From contig CAKRZX010000006.1 in assembly GCA_934434555.1 (NCBI GenBank), positions 20,983 through 84,982 on the forward strand: 64,000 nucleotides of DNA, written 5' to 3'. The notes under the pieces are model-generated. The model had not been told where the DNA came from and did no database searches. It worked only from the letters and a program-made list of their open reading frames with translations. Source of the DNA: an uncultured Clostridia bacterium. GTDB lineage: Bacteria; Bacillota; Clostridia; Christensenellales; QALW01. This document shows, piece by piece, positions 52,451-63,926 of this stretch (position 1 is the first letter of the stretch; the number at the start of each line of letters is the position of its first letter). The translations under genes and the position numbers were made by a program.

Positions 52451-53554
52451 TTGATAAAAAACGGAGTGTTTATTTTGCTTACAAATGACGAGTTATTCTT
52501 TTTGTATCTGAACAATACACCAAAAATGTATCCGCGAAGATTCAATGCCGCATACTTCAAGTTCAGAACAAGAGAAGCATACGTTGAACATATAAAAGCT
52601 TGCAGCGAAAACTGTCTTTCCGAAACCGAAAAAGAAGAAATTATATCGGGCTGTTGGAAAAGTAAGGTGAGAAGCCTTATAGATTATATGGATAAAGCCG
52701 GCATACACGCGGTATTCTATGATGATGAAAAGTATCCCAAAATGCTGCGGGATATCGACAAGCCGCCTGCAATGCTTTATTATATCGGCGATATTTCGCT
52801 TTGCAGCGAAAATTCGGTGGCGGTGGTGGGTTCGCGCCACGCCACGGGTTACGGTGCAGACGTCACCGATTATTTTGTCCGCGAGTTCGTTTCCGCCGAT
52901 TTAACCGTTATATCAGGTATGGCGGAAGGTATTGACGCCTGCGCCCACAGATGCGCCGTAAAGCACAGCGGCAAAACGATTGCGGTTTTGGGTTCGGGGA
53001 TAGACAGAATTTATCCGATGATAAACGAAGATATTTACCGCGAACTCTGCGTGTCGGGGCTTGTTATAAGCGAATATCCCATTTCTTCAAAACCGCAGAA
53101 GAGCAATTTTCCCGAACGGAACAGGCTGATTATCGGCTTGGCAAAATGTCTGCTTGTGGTTGAAGCGGGCGTTAAAAGCGGCACGATGATTACCGTAGAT
53201 TTTGCGCTTGAACAGGGCAAGACCGTTTACGCCGTTCCGGGCAGCATATTTTCTTTCTCCGGCAAGGGCGTAAATCAACTTATTAAAAGCGGCTGTGCGG
53301 TTGCAACCGAACCGGAAGATATTTTACAGGAATTCGGAGTATACGTTAAAAAACAGAAAGAAGTAAAAAAGACGGCGCTTACGGGACTGGATAAACAGAT
53401 TTGCGACCTGCTTGCCCGTGAGGACTGCCCGTTTCACGTTTTACAGGAAAAGATAAAGTGCGATGCCGGCGAACTGGGCGAAGCGCTTATGATGCTTGAA
53501 ATATCCGGTCATATAAATCAGGGACCGGGAAGAATATATTCATTAAAGAGATAA
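52451..53554 (+). CDS. dprA: DNA-processing protein DprA
   Basis: 367 aa (TTG start; alternative TTG at 52475). VAVVGSRHATGYG, SGMAEGIDA, NFPERNRLI motifs. Confidence 0.85.
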   Translation: MIKNGVFILLTNDELFFLYLNNTPKMYPRRFNAAYFKFRTREAYVEHIKACSENCLSETEKEEIISGCWKSKVRSLIDYMDKAGIHAVFYDDEKYPKMLRDIDKPPAMLYYIGDISLCSENSVAVVGSRHATGYGADVTDYFVREFVSADLTVISGMAEGIDACAHRCAVKHSGKTIAVLGSGIDRIYPMINEDIYRELCVSGLVISEYPISSKPQKSNFPERNRLIIGLAKCLLVVEAGVKSGTMITVDFALEQGKTVYAVPGSIFSFSGKGVNQLIKSGCAVATEPEDILQEFGVYVKKQKEVKKTALTGLDKQICDLLAREDCPFHVLQEKIKCDAGELGEALMMLEISGHINQGPGRIYSLKR

Positions 53555-53568
53555 AGGCGGAAAAATAA

Positions 53569-55665
53569 ATGTCAAAACTTATGATTGTAGAGTCGCCCCA
53601 CAAGGCTAAAACGATAAGCAAATTTTTAGGTAAGGATTATAAGGTGCTTGCAAGCGGCGGGCATATTATCGATTTGCCCAAAAGCAAACTGGGCATTGAC
53701 GTGGAAAATAATTTCGAACCCAAATATACGCTTATTTCATCAAAAAGAGAACTTGCAAAAGAACTGAAAGACGAGGCTGCAAAAGCCGATGAAGTCTTTC
53801 TTGCAACAGACCCTGACCGCGAGGGAGAGGCAATTTCGTGGCACTTGGCATCACTTCTTAAAATGCCCGAGGACTCTTGTTGCCGCGTGGTTTTTAACGA
53901 AATTACAAAAAACTGCGTTACAAAGGCGCTGACCGAGCCGAGGAAAATCGACATTGATTTGGTTGACGCGCAGCAGGCGCGCCGCGTGCTTGACAGGCTT
54001 GTGGGCTACGAAATAAGCCCCATACTCTGGCATAAAATTAAAAGCGGATTAAGCGCGGGAAGAGTGCAGTCGGCAGTTACCAAAATGGTTGTTGACCGCG
54101 AGCGCGAGATTGAAAAGTTTGTACCCGAGGAATTCTGGGACCTGGATGTCACTCTTAGTACCCAAAAGCCCAAAAAGAAGTTTACGGCTCATTTCTTCGG
54201 CACAAAGGACGGCAAAATCGAATTAAAGAACGAGGACGAAGTAAATAAAATCGCCTCTGAACTTGAAAGCGCAAAATACACCGTTACGGATTACAAAGAG
54301 GGAAGTAAACATCAGAATCCCTATCCGCCGTTTACAACGAGCGTGTTGCAGCAGGACGCATCAAGAAAGTTGAGTTTTACCACCAAAAAGACAATGATGC
54401 TTGCGCAGCAACTCTACGAGGGCGTTGAAATCAACGGCGCAGGCGCCGTGGGTCTTATAACGTATATCCGTACCGACTCGGTGCGTATTGCCAATGAGGC
54501 GCTTGACGAAGTAAGGGAATATATAAAGAATAATTACGATTCAAAATATCTGCCCTCAAAGCCCAATGTATATAAGACGAAAAGAAACATTCAGGACGCC
54601 CACGAGGCGATTCGCCCGTCAAGTATGGAGTTTACTCCCGAACGGGTCAGGGAAAGTCTCACCGGTGACCAGTATAAACTTTACAAACTTATTTTTGACA
54701 GGTTTGTTGCCTGCCAGATGGCTCCGGCGAAGTATGCGACAATAAGCGTTGCAATTTCTGCAAACGATAAATATGTGTTCAAAACAAGTGCATCAAAGCG
54801 CACGTTTGACGGCTTTATGGTTCTTTATTCGGATAAGGACGAAGAAATCAAGGCATCGACGCTGCCCGAAATGAAGGCGGGCGACGAACTGAACTTTGTT
54901 TCGTTTGACAAAGAACAGCACTTTACACAGCCCCCCGCAAGGTTCAACGAGGCGTCGCTGGTAAAGGAAATGGAACTTAAAGGCATAGGCCGTCCAAGTA
55001 CCTACGCGCCTACCGTTTCCACGATTCTTGACCGCGATTACATTGAGCGGGAAAAGAAAACACTAAAACCCACGAATCTCGGAATCTGCGTTACCGATAT
55101 GATGGCGGCGAATTTCCCGGATATCGTTGACCTTAAATTCACCGCATCAATGGAAGAAAAACTTGACGAGGTGGAAGAGGGTGAACGCGACTGGGTTAAA
55201 GTAATAACGGATTTCTACGGTCCGTTCAAGAAGAATCTTGACAAGGCAAACCAGATAGAACGCGTTAAAATTCCCGTTGAGGAAACCGACGTTCCCTGTC
55301 CCAAGTGCGGCGCAATGATGGTTGTACGCAGCAGCAGGTTCGGCAAATTCCTTGCCTGTCCCAACTATCCCGAATGCAAATCCACCAAGCCGCTCCCGCA
55401 GGACGAAGTAAAAGTTCCCTGCCCCAAGTGCGGCGGAAAACTCGTGCAGAGGATATCAAAAAGGGGTAAGAAATTCTACGGGTGCTCCAATTATCCCAAC
55501 TGCGATTTTGCGTCAACGGGCCTGCCCACGGGCGAAAGATGCCCCGAATGCGGCGGGTATCTTGTTAAAGGATTCAAGGGAAAAATACTTTGCAATAACT
55601 TTGAATGCAAGTATTCAAAATCCGCTAAGAAGGAAGAAAAAAAGGAAGAAAATAAAGAAGAATGA
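53569..55665 (+). CDS. topA: DNA topoisomerase I
   Basis: 698 aa. [33 protein letters not shown], active-site region YIRTDS, three C-terminal CPxCG zinc ribbons. Confidence 0.95.
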   Translation: MSKLMIVESPHKAKTISKFLGKDYKVLASGGHIIDLPKSKLGIDVENNFEPKYTLISSKRELAKELKDEAAKADEVFLATDPDREGEAISWHLASLLKMPEDSCCRVVFNEITKNCVTKALTEPRKIDIDLVDAQQARRVLDRLVGYEISPILWHKIKSGLSAGRVQSAVTKMVVDREREIEKFVPEEFWDLDVTLSTQKPKKKFTAHFFGTKDGKIELKNEDEVNKIASELESAKYTVTDYKEGSKHQNPYPPFTTSVLQQDASRKLSFTTKKTMMLAQQLYEGVEINGAGAVGLITYIRTDSVRIANEALDEVREYIKNNYDSKYLPSKPNVYKTKRNIQDAHEAIRPSSMEFTPERVRESLTGDQYKLYKLIFDRFVACQMAPAKYATISVAISANDKYVFKTSASKRTFDGFMVLYSDKDEEIKASTLPEMKAGDELNFVSFDKEQHFTQPPARFNEASLVKEMELKGIGRPSTYAPTVSTILDRDYIEREKKTLKPTNLGICVTDMMAANFPDIVDLKFTASMEEKLDEVEEGERDWVKVITDFYGPFKKNLDKANQIERVKIPVEETDVPCPKCGAMMVVRSSRFGKFLACPNYPECKSTKPLPQDEVKVPCPKCGGKLVQRISKRGKKFYGCSNYPNCDFASTGLPTGERCPECGGYLVKGFKGKILCNNFECKYSKSAKKEEKKEENKEE

Positions 55666-56966
55666 AAGTAACCGTTATCGGTGCGGGTCTTGCGGGCTGC
55701 GAGGCGGCGTACCAACTTGCCAAGAGGGGAATTGAAGTAGCGCTTTTTGAAATGCGCCCCAAAAAACTTACTCCCGCACATTCCGGCGGCGGGTTTGCCG
55801 AACTTGTGTGCTCAAATTCGCTCCGTTCCGACAGGCTTGAAAATGCCGCGGGACTGCTTAAAGCGGAACTGAGAAAACTTGATTCCGTAATTATGTCGGC
55901 GGCGGACGCGTGCGCAGTACCCGCGGGCGGCGCTCTGGCGGTTGACAGGGAAAGTTTTTCGGCAAAGGTAAAAGAAATTCTGCTTTCATTTGATAATATA
56001 GAATTTGTAAACGAGGAAGTTGATAAAATTCCCGACGGCAACGTGATTATTGCCGCGGGACCCTTATGCAGCGATGCGCTTGCGGATGCGATAAAGGAAA
56101 AGACGGGCGAGGACTACTGCCACTTTTTCGATGCGGCGGCGCCGATTGTAACAAAAGATTCAATTGATATGAATATCGCGTTTACTGCGTCAAGGTACGA
56201 CAGGGGCGACGATTATATCAACTGTCCGATGACAAAAGATGAATACGAAAACTTTGTTTCCGAACTGCTTAATGCGGAAGTTGCGCCGGTGCACGGATTT
56301 GAAGGGCAGGTTTTTGAGGGGTGTATGCCCGTTGAAGTTATGGCGGCGCGGGGAATGCAGACCCTTGCATTCGGACCGTGCAAACCTGTGGGGCTTGTTG
56401 ACCCCGGAACCGGTGAAACGCCCTATGCCTGTGTTCAGCTTCGCAGAGATGACGCCCGCGATACGCTTTATAACATAGTGGGCTTTCAGACGCACCTGAA
56501 ATTCGGCGAGCAAAAACGTGTATTTTCGATGATTCCGGGACTGGAAAACTGCGAAATTGTCCGCTACGGCGTAATGCACCGCAACACTTTTGTGTGTTCA
56601 CCCAGGCTGCTTGATTATACATATTCCCTTAAAAGCGACCCGCGCATAAAGTTTGCGGGACAGATAACAGGCGTTGAGGGGTATATTGAATCCACTGCGT
56701 CGGGTTTTACGGCGGGCGTATCAATGGCGGAAGAACTTTCAAACAGGGAAATAACAGACTTTACATCACTTACTGCCACCGGCGCTTTGGGACATTATAT
56801 TTCGTCCGGAAGCGGAAGAAATTTTCAGCCGATGAACATAAATTTCGGTATAATTGACCCGCCGGAAGAAAGAATAAAAGGCGGAAAACAGGCAAGATAC
56901 GAATACGTTGCAAAACGTGCGCTTAAAAAAATAGATGAGTTAAAGGAGAGGATTATATGGGATTGA
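55662..56966 (+). CDS. trmFO: methylenetetrahydrofolate--tRNA-(uracil-5-)-methyltransferase TrmFO
   Basis: 434 aa. [19 protein letters not shown] fold, [19 protein letters not shown]. Classic topA-trmFO linkage. Confidence 0.92.
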   Translation: MKVTVIGAGLAGCEAAYQLAKRGIEVALFEMRPKKLTPAHSGGGFAELVCSNSLRSDRLENAAGLLKAELRKLDSVIMSAADACAVPAGGALAVDRESFSAKVKEILLSFDNIEFVNEEVDKIPDGNVIIAAGPLCSDALADAIKEKTGEDYCHFFDAAAPIVTKDSIDMNIAFTASRYDRGDDYINCPMTKDEYENFVSELLNAEVAPVHGFEGQVFEGCMPVEVMAARGMQTLAFGPCKPVGLVDPGTGETPYACVQLRRDDARDTLYNIVGFQTHLKFGEQKRVFSMIPGLENCEIVRYGVMHRNTFVCSPRLLDYTYSLKSDPRIKFAGQITGVEGYIESTASGFTAGVSMAEELSNREITDFTSLTATGALGHYISSGSGRNFQPMNINFGIIDPPEERIKGGKQARYEYVAKRALKKIDELKERIIWD

Positions 56967-57490
56967 GAGGAACAACAATAGTCTGCGTCCGCAAGGACGG
57001 AAAATGCGCAATCGCCGGCGACGGTCAGGTGACAATGGGCGAATCCGTTGTTATGAAATCCGGCGCGGTTAAGGTGCGCAAACTTTTTAACGATACGGTT
57101 TCGGTAGGTTTTGCGGGCAGTGTTGCCGACGCGTTCACCCTCTGCGACCTTTTTGAAGCAAAATTACAGGAACATTCGGGCAATCTGTACCGCGCAAGCG
57201 TTGAACTTGCGCAGATGTGGCGGCGTGACAGGGCGCTGAGCAAACTTGAAGCAATGCTTATTGCCGCCGACAAAACGGGAACGCTTGTGCTTTCGGGCAC
57301 GGGTGAAGTAATCGAGCCCGACGACGGAATAGTTGCAATCGGCAGCGGCGGAAATTACGCTCTTGCCGCGGCACGTGCGCTTGCGCAGAATACCGACCTT
57401 GAAGCAAAGGATATTGCTTATAAGGCGCTCAAAATAGCAGGGGAGATATGCGTTTATACAAACGATCATATCACTGTTTTGGAGGTGTAA
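56957..57490 (+). CDS. hslV: ATP-dependent protease subunit HslV
   Basis: 177 aa. N-terminal [11 protein letters not shown] (catalytic Thr), [14 protein letters not shown]. Confidence 0.92.
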   Translation: MGLRGTTIVCVRKDGKCAIAGDGQVTMGESVVMKSGAVKVRKLFNDTVSVGFAGSVADAFTLCDLFEAKLQEHSGNLYRASVELAQMWRRDRALSKLEAMLIAADKTGTLVLSGTGEVIEPDDGIVAIGSGGNYALAAARALAQNTDLEAKDIAYKALKIAGEICVYTNDHITVLEV

Positions 57491-57492
57491 AA

Positions 57493-58809
57493 ATGAATTA
57501 TTCACCCAATCAGGTAGTAGACGAATTAAGCAGATACATTATCGGGCAGAATGAAGCCAAACGCGCCGTGGCGATTGCACTCCGCAACCGTTACCGCAGA
57601 AGTAAACTTCCCAAGGAATTGCAGGACGAAATTACGCCCAAAAACATAATTATGTCAGGACCCACAGGCGTGGGCAAAACGGAAATCGCCCGCAGAATAG
57701 CGAAAATCGTGGGTGCGCCCTTTATCAAGGTTGAGGCAACCAAGTTTACGGAAGTGGGCTACGTGGGCAGAGATGTGGATTCTATGATTCGCGACCTTGC
57801 AGAAGCGTCGATTCGTCTTATTAAAGAGGAAAAAACAGCGCAACTTCACGACAAACTCGAAAACTCGGTAACGAACAAACTTATTGATATTCTTTTGCCG
57901 ATGCGCAAGAAAAAAGACGAAGAGGGCGACGATATTGCCGCACGCCGCGACGCGATAAAGGCAGACCTTGAATCGGGCAGAATCGAAGAACTGACGATTG
58001 AAATTGAAGTTGACGATAAGCCTGCGGGAATGAACGTGGAAGTGCCGGGACAGCCGGAAGTGGTAATCGGCGATATTTTCGGTTCGATGATGCCCAAGAA
58101 AACCAAAAAACGCAAAATGCCCATACGCGAGGCGCGAAAAGTGCTTTCGCAGCAGGAACTTAACAAACTTATCGATATGGATTCCGTTACGCAGGAAGCC
58201 CTTGACAGAGCAGAACAAAGCGGTATAGTTTTTATTGACGAAATTGACAAGATTGCCACCGGTTCAAACGCGGGCAAAGGTCCCGACGTAAGCCGTGAGG
58301 GCGTTCAGAGAGATATTCTCCCGCTTGTTGAGGGATGCACGGTAAACACAAAGTACGGACCGATAAAGACAGATTACATTCTGTTTATCGCAGCGGGCGC
58401 GTTCCATTTGTCGAAAATAACCGACCTTATACCTGAATTGCAGGGCAGATTCCCGCTTCATGTAACTCTTAACGCACTGGGTGAAAGGGAACTGAAAGAC
58501 ATTCTTACCCGCACCGATAACGCACTTATAAATCAGTACAAGGCGCTGTTGAAAGTGGATAACGTTGATCTTGAATTTACCGGAGAAGCGATTGATATGA
58601 TTGCCCACTTCGCTTTTGAGGAAAACGAAGTAAAAGAGAACATCGGCGCGCGCAGATTAACTTCCGTTATGGAAAAACTGCTTGACGAAGTATCGTTTAC
58701 CGCAACCGATGAAATTCCCGTTCATACGCTTAATATTGACGCGGTCTACGTTAAATCCCATTTGGGCGAAAGTCCCGAAAAACTTAACGTAAGGAAGTAT
58801 ATTCTTTAA
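57493..58809 (+). CDS. hslU: ATP-dependent protease ATPase subunit HslU
   Basis: 438 aa from MNYSPNQVVDELSRYIIGQNEAKRAV. Walker A GPTGVGKTEIARR, IVFIDEIDKI. Confidence 0.93.
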   Translation: MNYSPNQVVDELSRYIIGQNEAKRAVAIALRNRYRRSKLPKELQDEITPKNIIMSGPTGVGKTEIARRIAKIVGAPFIKVEATKFTEVGYVGRDVDSMIRDLAEASIRLIKEEKTAQLHDKLENSVTNKLIDILLPMRKKKDEEGDDIAARRDAIKADLESGRIEELTIEIEVDDKPAGMNVEVPGQPEVVIGDIFGSMMPKKTKKRKMPIREARKVLSQQELNKLIDMDSVTQEALDRAEQSGIVFIDEIDKIATGSNAGKGPDVSREGVQRDILPLVEGCTVNTKYGPIKTDYILFIAAGAFHLSKITDLIPELQGRFPLHVTLNALGERELKDILTRTDNALINQYKALLKVDNVDLEFTGEAIDMIAHFAFEENEVKENIGARRLTSVMEKLLDEVSFTATDEIPVHTLNIDAVYVKSHLGESPEKLNVRKYIL

Positions 58810-59414
58810 TGGACGATTTTACAAAATGGGCAATGGAAATACAGAGTATTGCGCAAGCGGGCTTAACGTACTGTAAGGACGTTTTCTGTCGCGAGCGGTA
58901 CGAGCGTTTGAGGGATATTTCTGCCGAAATGATTGCAAAAAAGACCGATTTACCGATAGAAAAGGTCAAAACGCTTTTTTGCGGCGAAACGGGATATCAG
59001 ACACCGAAAATCGACACCCGCGCCGCCATATTCAAAAAAGACAGGATTCTGCTTGTAAAAGAAAACGACGGGCGGTGGTCACTCCCCGGCGGCTGGTGCG
59101 AATATAACTGTTCTCCCGCGGAAAACGCGGTAAAGGAAGTGCGCGAAGAGGCAGGGCTGAACGTTGAAGTTTCGCGGCTTATTGCCGTTCAGGACAGGAA
59201 AAAGCACAACAAACCCGAATACGCCTGGGGCGTTGTGAAAATGTTCTTTCTTTGCTCGTTTGTAAGCGGTGAGTTTATTGAAAACTCTGAAACTACCGCA
59301 AGCGCCTACTTTGCCGAAAACGAACTTCCCGCTTTGGCAGAAGAGAAAAACACTGCCGAACAAATACATATGTGCTTTAATGCGCTTGATACCGATAAGG
59401 TTTTTTTTGACTGA
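58809..59414 (+). CDS. NUDIX hydrolase with Nudix_N N-terminal domain
   Basis: 201 aa. N-terminal WAMEIQSIAQAGLTYCKDVFCRERYERL (Nudix_N-like). Nudix box GGWCEYNCSPAENAVKEVREEAGL. Confidence 0.8.
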   Translation: MDDFTKWAMEIQSIAQAGLTYCKDVFCRERYERLRDISAEMIAKKTDLPIEKVKTLFCGETGYQTPKIDTRAAIFKKDRILLVKENDGRWSLPGGWCEYNCSPAENAVKEVREEAGLNVEVSRLIAVQDRKKHNKPEYAWGVVKMFFLCSFVSGEFIENSETTASAYFAENELPALAEEKNTAEQIHMCFNALDTDKVFFD

Positions 59415-59417
59415 TTT

Positions 59418-59440
59418 TCCCCGCTATTGCGGGGATTTTT
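59418..59440 (+). terminator. rho-independent terminator
   Basis: TCCCCGC-TATT-GCGGGGA followed by TTTTT. Confidence 0.75.
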
Positions 59441-59551
59441 GTGCAATAATGAATTTCTGTTAGCAAAATGAAAATTTTCTTGCAGGGGCATTGACATCAA
59501 TAGGAACAATATGGTATTGTGTAATCAGATATAACGGGAAAGGGTGATAAT

Positions 59552-60235
59552 ATGAAGAAACTTATTGCTTTGCTCTGTGTTATTTTGACGGTGTTTTGTA
59601 TCGGCTGTAAATCGCAGCCCGCCGAAACGGTACCTATGCCTGATACAACGGATTCGGAAAGCATCGGGTGTTCGTTTGTGGACAATTTGATTTATACAAA
59701 AAAGCATTTGCGCGAATATACAGAAGCGCATACGGAAAATTTGCCGCAAAACTATGTGGGTATAAATATGCTTGATGATTTCGGGCAGTTCGGCGTATAT
59801 ATGCCGGGAAACGGCAGATTCGACAGTTACTCATACCTGTTTTGGGGCGCGGGAAATTTCTATGTTAAACTAAGCATAATTCATATTGATGAAACGAGCC
59901 GATACTATATAGCGGAACCCTTTCCGTTCTATTACTTTCCGTCAAACAAGTGCGATATGCATACGTTTTCGTCAATTTTCAAAAAGGACGGCGTGTATAT
60001 TTACAAGAATATTGCCTATGTTTACGAAAACAACCGCTTGCAGTCGGTGGCGTGGGTGTCGGATAACAGGTATTTCACGCTTTGCGCCGGAGACCAAAAA
60101 TCAAGCCTTGCTCAATATCCTCTTGATGAGAACACCTTTGAAGCCAGACTTCTTAACCTTGATACGGCAGTTGCGGCGATAACCGAAAGGTTCGGCGAAC
60201 CCAAGAATATCAAAGAGTTGATAAAACAACAATAG
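59552..60235 (+). CDS. hypothetical lipoprotein
   Basis: 227 aa. Signal plus lipobox LLCVILTVFCIGC. No recognisable domain. Confidence 0.55.
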   Translation: MKKLIALLCVILTVFCIGCKSQPAETVPMPDTTDSESIGCSFVDNLIYTKKHLREYTEAHTENLPQNYVGINMLDDFGQFGVYMPGNGRFDSYSYLFWGAGNFYVKLSIIHIDETSRYYIAEPFPFYYFPSNKCDMHTFSSIFKKDGVYIYKNIAYVYENNRLQSVAWVSDNRYFTLCAGDQKSSLAQYPLDENTFEARLLNLDTAVAAITERFGEPKNIKELIKQQ

Positions 60236-60250
60236 TTTTTAGAATCAGAA

Positions 60251-60276
60251 ACGGCTGTTGCGGGCGCAACAGCCGT
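60251..60276. terminator. hairpin between convergent genes (possible bidirectional terminator)
   Basis: ACGGCTGTTGC-GGGC-GCAACAGCCGT. The flanking U-tracts are weak. Confidence 0.45.
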
Positions 60277-60281
60277 TAAAT

Positions 60282-61493
60282 TTATAACTTTATGTGCCGC
60301 GGCAGACCCTCAACAAAGATAGGTGTGAGTTCCGCCTGAATCAGCGGGCGCACATATGTAAGAAATTCGGGTTTTAAGTTGAAGTTTTCCGGGTCAATCC
60401 ACTGGGCAGGGACTTTCTTTTCGTAGTTTGCAATGTCAAAAATATCACAAAGAGTGGTTTTTACCTGATACGGGGCGTCAAAAATCCGCTTTATGCACAC
60501 CATTTTGCCGCTTTCGCCGTTAAATGCGGCAACAACTGCTGCGCCGCCCACCTGATATGCCTCGGTTATATCGGTTCTGCTTGTGATGTGTCCAGCACAG
60601 CGCTGTAAGACCGAAAGTTCAATGCTTCGTGTTTTCACGCTCAGTTTCCGCGCAAGCAGATTTGCAAGGTATCGGGCAGTTCCCGTAAGTGCCGTGTGAC
60701 CGAACGCATCCACGTTGCGCACATCGTCGGAAAGTTCGCAAACGTATCTGCCGTCGGCAAGTTTTACGCCCTCGGAAACGGCGATAACAACCGTATTTTT
60801 CATTTTAAGTTTTTCATTTACCGCTTCGGTAAAGTGTTCAACATCAAAAGGAATTTCGGGCAGAAAAATCATATCGGTCCCGTCGCAGTCATCGGAAACG
60901 GCAAGCGCCGCCGCGCCTGTGAGCCAGCCCGCATTGCGCCCCATAATTTCAACAACCGTTACCGATTTTTTATCGTAAACCGACGCGTCAAGAATGATTT
61001 CTTTCATCGTGCCCGCAATATACTTTGCCGCCGAACCGTAGCCGGGGGTGTGGTCGGTGCACATCAGGTCATTGTCAATGGTTTTCGGCACGCCGATAAA
61101 CTTAATATCGCTGTTTATTTTTCTTGCGTAAAGGGTCAGTTTCGCTATTGTGTCCATTGAGTCGTTTCCGCCAATATAGAAGAAATACCCGATGTTGTAC
61201 TTTTTTAAGTTATCGAAGATTTTCTCGTATACCGAAGCATCATTGTCGGGAAGTTTGTAGCGGCAACTGCCGAGAAACGAAGAGGGAGTGCGTTTCAGTA
61301 ATTCGATATCCAGAGGATTTTTGAATTTTCCGTCCAAAAGGCAAACTTTGCCGTCAATGAAGCCCTGAATACCGTTTTTCATTCCGTAAACTTTGTCCGC
61401 ACCGTGACGCTTGCAGCTTTCAAATACGCCCGCAAGGCTTGAATTGATTACCGAAGTCGGTCCGCCCGACTGTCCTACAAGAGCATTTTTCAT
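60282..61493 (-). CDS. pfp: 6-phosphofructokinase, pyrophosphate-dependent type (Pfp)
   Basis: 403 aa from MKNALVGQSGGPTSVINS. GGNDS and PKTIDND: Asp and Lys at the positions that are Gly104/Gly124 in ATP-PFK, the known PPi-specificity signature. Confidence 0.8.
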   Translation of the reverse strand: MKNALVGQSGGPTSVINSSLAGVFESCKRHGADKVYGMKNGIQGFIDGKVCLLDGKFKNPLDIELLKRTPSSFLGSCRYKLPDNDASVYEKIFDNLKKYNIGYFFYIGGNDSMDTIAKLTLYARKINSDIKFIGVPKTIDNDLMCTDHTPGYGSAAKYIAGTMKEIILDASVYDKKSVTVVEIMGRNAGWLTGAAALAVSDDCDGTDMIFLPEIPFDVEHFTEAVNEKLKMKNTVVIAVSEGVKLADGRYVCELSDDVRNVDAFGHTALTGTARYLANLLARKLSVKTRSIELSVLQRCAGHITSRTDITEAYQVGGAAVVAAFNGESGKMVCIKRIFDAPYQVKTTLCDIFDIANYEKKVPAQWIDPENFNLKPEFLTYVRPLIQAELTPIFVEGLPRHIKL

Positions 61494-61644
61494 AAATACT
61501 GTTCCTTTCCGAAATATTAACATAATCATATTATAAAAGCAAAACAAAAATCCGTCAACAGCGGCGTCAAGTATAAAATGAGAAATTCGGCAAAAAATAA
61601 ATGCATAATATTAAATACGGCAAACAGCGAAAAAGGAGATAATT

Positions 61645-63828
61645 ATGCAGGCAATTGTTTTGGCGGGCGGACTCGGTTCAAGACTGCGTCCTTTAACGGG
61701 CGAACTGCCCAAACCTATGATTCCGGTTGCAAATATTCCGCTTCTGGAACACACATTTGAACATCTTAAACGCCACGGAATATTTGACGTGGGCGTTACG
61801 GTTATGTATCTTCCGCAATGTATAAGGGATTATTTCGGCGACGGTACAAGGTTTGATATGCGTATCAGGTATTTTGAAGAAAATATCCCCTTGGGTACGG
61901 CGGGAAGCGTAAAACAGGCTGAGGGCGAACTTGACGAAACGTTCTTGGTTATAAGCGGCGACGCACTCACAAATGCGGATATAGGTAAAATAATGCTTTA
62001 TCATAAGGAAAAGGGCGCGGATGTTACGGTTGTAACCAAAAAGGAAACGAGTCCGCTTGAATTCGGCGTGGTGCTTGCCGCCGAAGACGGACAAATTGAG
62101 GGATTTTCAGAAAAGCCACAGTGGGAGAGCGTTACCGCCGATACGGTAAACACGGGTATTTATATTATTGAAAAAAAGGTGCTTGAAAAGATTCCCGCAA
62201 ACACGGAATTTGATTTCAGCCGTGACTTATTCCCGCTTCTGATGACCGAAAAAGCAAAAATGTATTCCTATATTACCGAGGATTACTGGTGCGATTTAGG
62301 CACGCCGAAAACGTATCTTCAAGCGAATTTCGATATTCTTGACGGCTTGCTTTCGGGTAAAAAACAGGATATAGTTACCGGCGAAAACTTTACCGTTTCA
62401 AGCGAAACAACACTTTTGCCGCCCGTGCTTTTTGGAAAAAACGTGTGCGTTAAAGGAAATTGCGTTATCGGTCCCGACGCGGCAATCGGCGACGGGTGCA
62501 TTATAGAAAACTCAACCGTAAAAAGCAGTGTGCTTTGGGACGGCGTTGTTGCAAAAGATACCGAAATCATCAATTCCGCCGTGGCGACAAATGCCGAAAT
62601 TGACGGCGCACATCTGCTTGGCAGCAACTGCATAGGTTCAAGAGCGAAAATAGAAAAAAACGCCTGTGTTTACTGCGGTGTCAAAGTCTTTAACAACGTG
62701 ATTGTTGACAAGAACACCGTTGCCCGTGAAGACGTAACCTCGCCCCTTTATTTTAAGGAAAATTACTTTGAAAACGGAAAGATAAGCGGCGTGTGGGAGA
62801 AGGATATAACGCCGTCGGTGTTGGAGGGGCTTGCCGCGTCGATTTCAGGCGAAAAAATTGCCGTGGGATATTCCGATAATCCGTTTTCAGCGTCCTGTGC
62901 GCATTTGCTTTCTTCGTTTTTGTCCCTTTCGGGGAAAAACGCGTATCTTCTTAAAAGCAAGGAATCATCGTTCAGGTACTTTGTATGCGCAAATCAGATT
63001 CAGGGAATTTATATCCGTGCCGATTTCCCCGAACTCGAAATTCAGGTTACGGACAAAAACGGACTGAATATTTCTTCACGGGATGAGAAGAAAATAAACT
63101 TCTCGCAAAGGGCGGCGGGGAAGTGCAAAAAGGTTATTCGGCTTGACGAACAGGAAAAGCAGTTTGAATATTTCCTCAACACATCTTTTCCCTTTATGCA
63201 TACAAACGTTTCGCTTCTGACCCGCGACAGGTTCAAACTGCACAATATTGCTTTCTGCGAGGAGAAAAATGCGTCCGTTCCGGCAAAAGGAATTTTTATA
63301 TTTGCGCCAAACGGCAATATAAACGATATTTATGTTGACGGCGAGCGGGTTTCGGCATTTGAATTTTTAAGTATGAAGATATCGCTTGCGGAACTTTTGG
63401 GCGCAAAGGAAGTGTTTCTTCCGCCCTATGCCGATGAAGAAATAAAGGAATCGGCACGAAAGAAAGGACTGAAAGTGCTTGAATCGTTCCAGCACAGGGG
63501 GAACACAATGCAGCAGGCAGGTAAATTCAATACCGCAGCGTGCCTGCTTGAATTTGAACCCGCATTTTTTGCACTTGCTTACTGCTTTTATTCCGAACGC
63601 CTTAAAACCGATATTCGGGGCGGAATCTTAGCGGAATATACCTTTGCCTGCAACAGGGCGGACACCGCAAAAACAGTCAAAATCCTCAACAAGAAAAGCG
63701 GGGATTTTATCACGGTGGTGCCTAAAAACGACGGCTGTTCGTTTTCGGTTTACGGCAGATTCGCAAGGGAAGAGTACGCGCCCGACACGCTTGAAAACTT
63801 CGTAAACGGAGTTTTGGACAAAAACTGA
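61645..63828 (+). CDS. sugar-phosphate nucleotidyltransferase with left-handed beta-helix and long C-terminal (possibly degenerate phosphohexomutase-like) region
   Basis: 727 aa. N-terminal MQAIVLAGGLGSRLRPLTGELPKPM, GTAGS, hexapeptide-repeat region around residues 280-350. The C-terminal about 350 aa are not confidently assignable. Confidence 0.65.
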   Translation: MQAIVLAGGLGSRLRPLTGELPKPMIPVANIPLLEHTFEHLKRHGIFDVGVTVMYLPQCIRDYFGDGTRFDMRIRYFEENIPLGTAGSVKQAEGELDETFLVISGDALTNADIGKIMLYHKEKGADVTVVTKKETSPLEFGVVLAAEDGQIEGFSEKPQWESVTADTVNTGIYIIEKKVLEKIPANTEFDFSRDLFPLLMTEKAKMYSYITEDYWCDLGTPKTYLQANFDILDGLLSGKKQDIVTGENFTVSSETTLLPPVLFGKNVCVKGNCVIGPDAAIGDGCIIENSTVKSSVLWDGVVAKDTEIINSAVATNAEIDGAHLLGSNCIGSRAKIEKNACVYCGVKVFNNVIVDKNTVAREDVTSPLYFKENYFENGKISGVWEKDITPSVLEGLAASISGEKIAVGYSDNPFSASCAHLLSSFLSLSGKNAYLLKSKESSFRYFVCANQIQGIYIRADFPELEIQVTDKNGLNISSRDEKKINFSQRAAGKCKKVIRLDEQEKQFEYFLNTSFPFMHTNVSLLTRDRFKLHNIAFCEEKNASVPAKGIFIFAPNGNINDIYVDGERVSAFEFLSMKISLAELLGAKEVFLPPYADEEIKESARKKGLKVLESFQHRGNTMQQAGKFNTAACLLEFEPAFFALAYCFYSERLKTDIRGGILAEYTFACNRADTAKTVKILNKKSGDFITVVPKNDGCSFSVYGRFAREEYAPDTLENFVNGVLDKN

Positions 63829-63926
63829 CTTTATTCGTCTTTTTGCTCACAATATAATCACTTGCTTTTTTTCGCTTACAGGTGTATAATCATATTAATT
63901 GATTAAAAAACTAAGGAGGATTATTT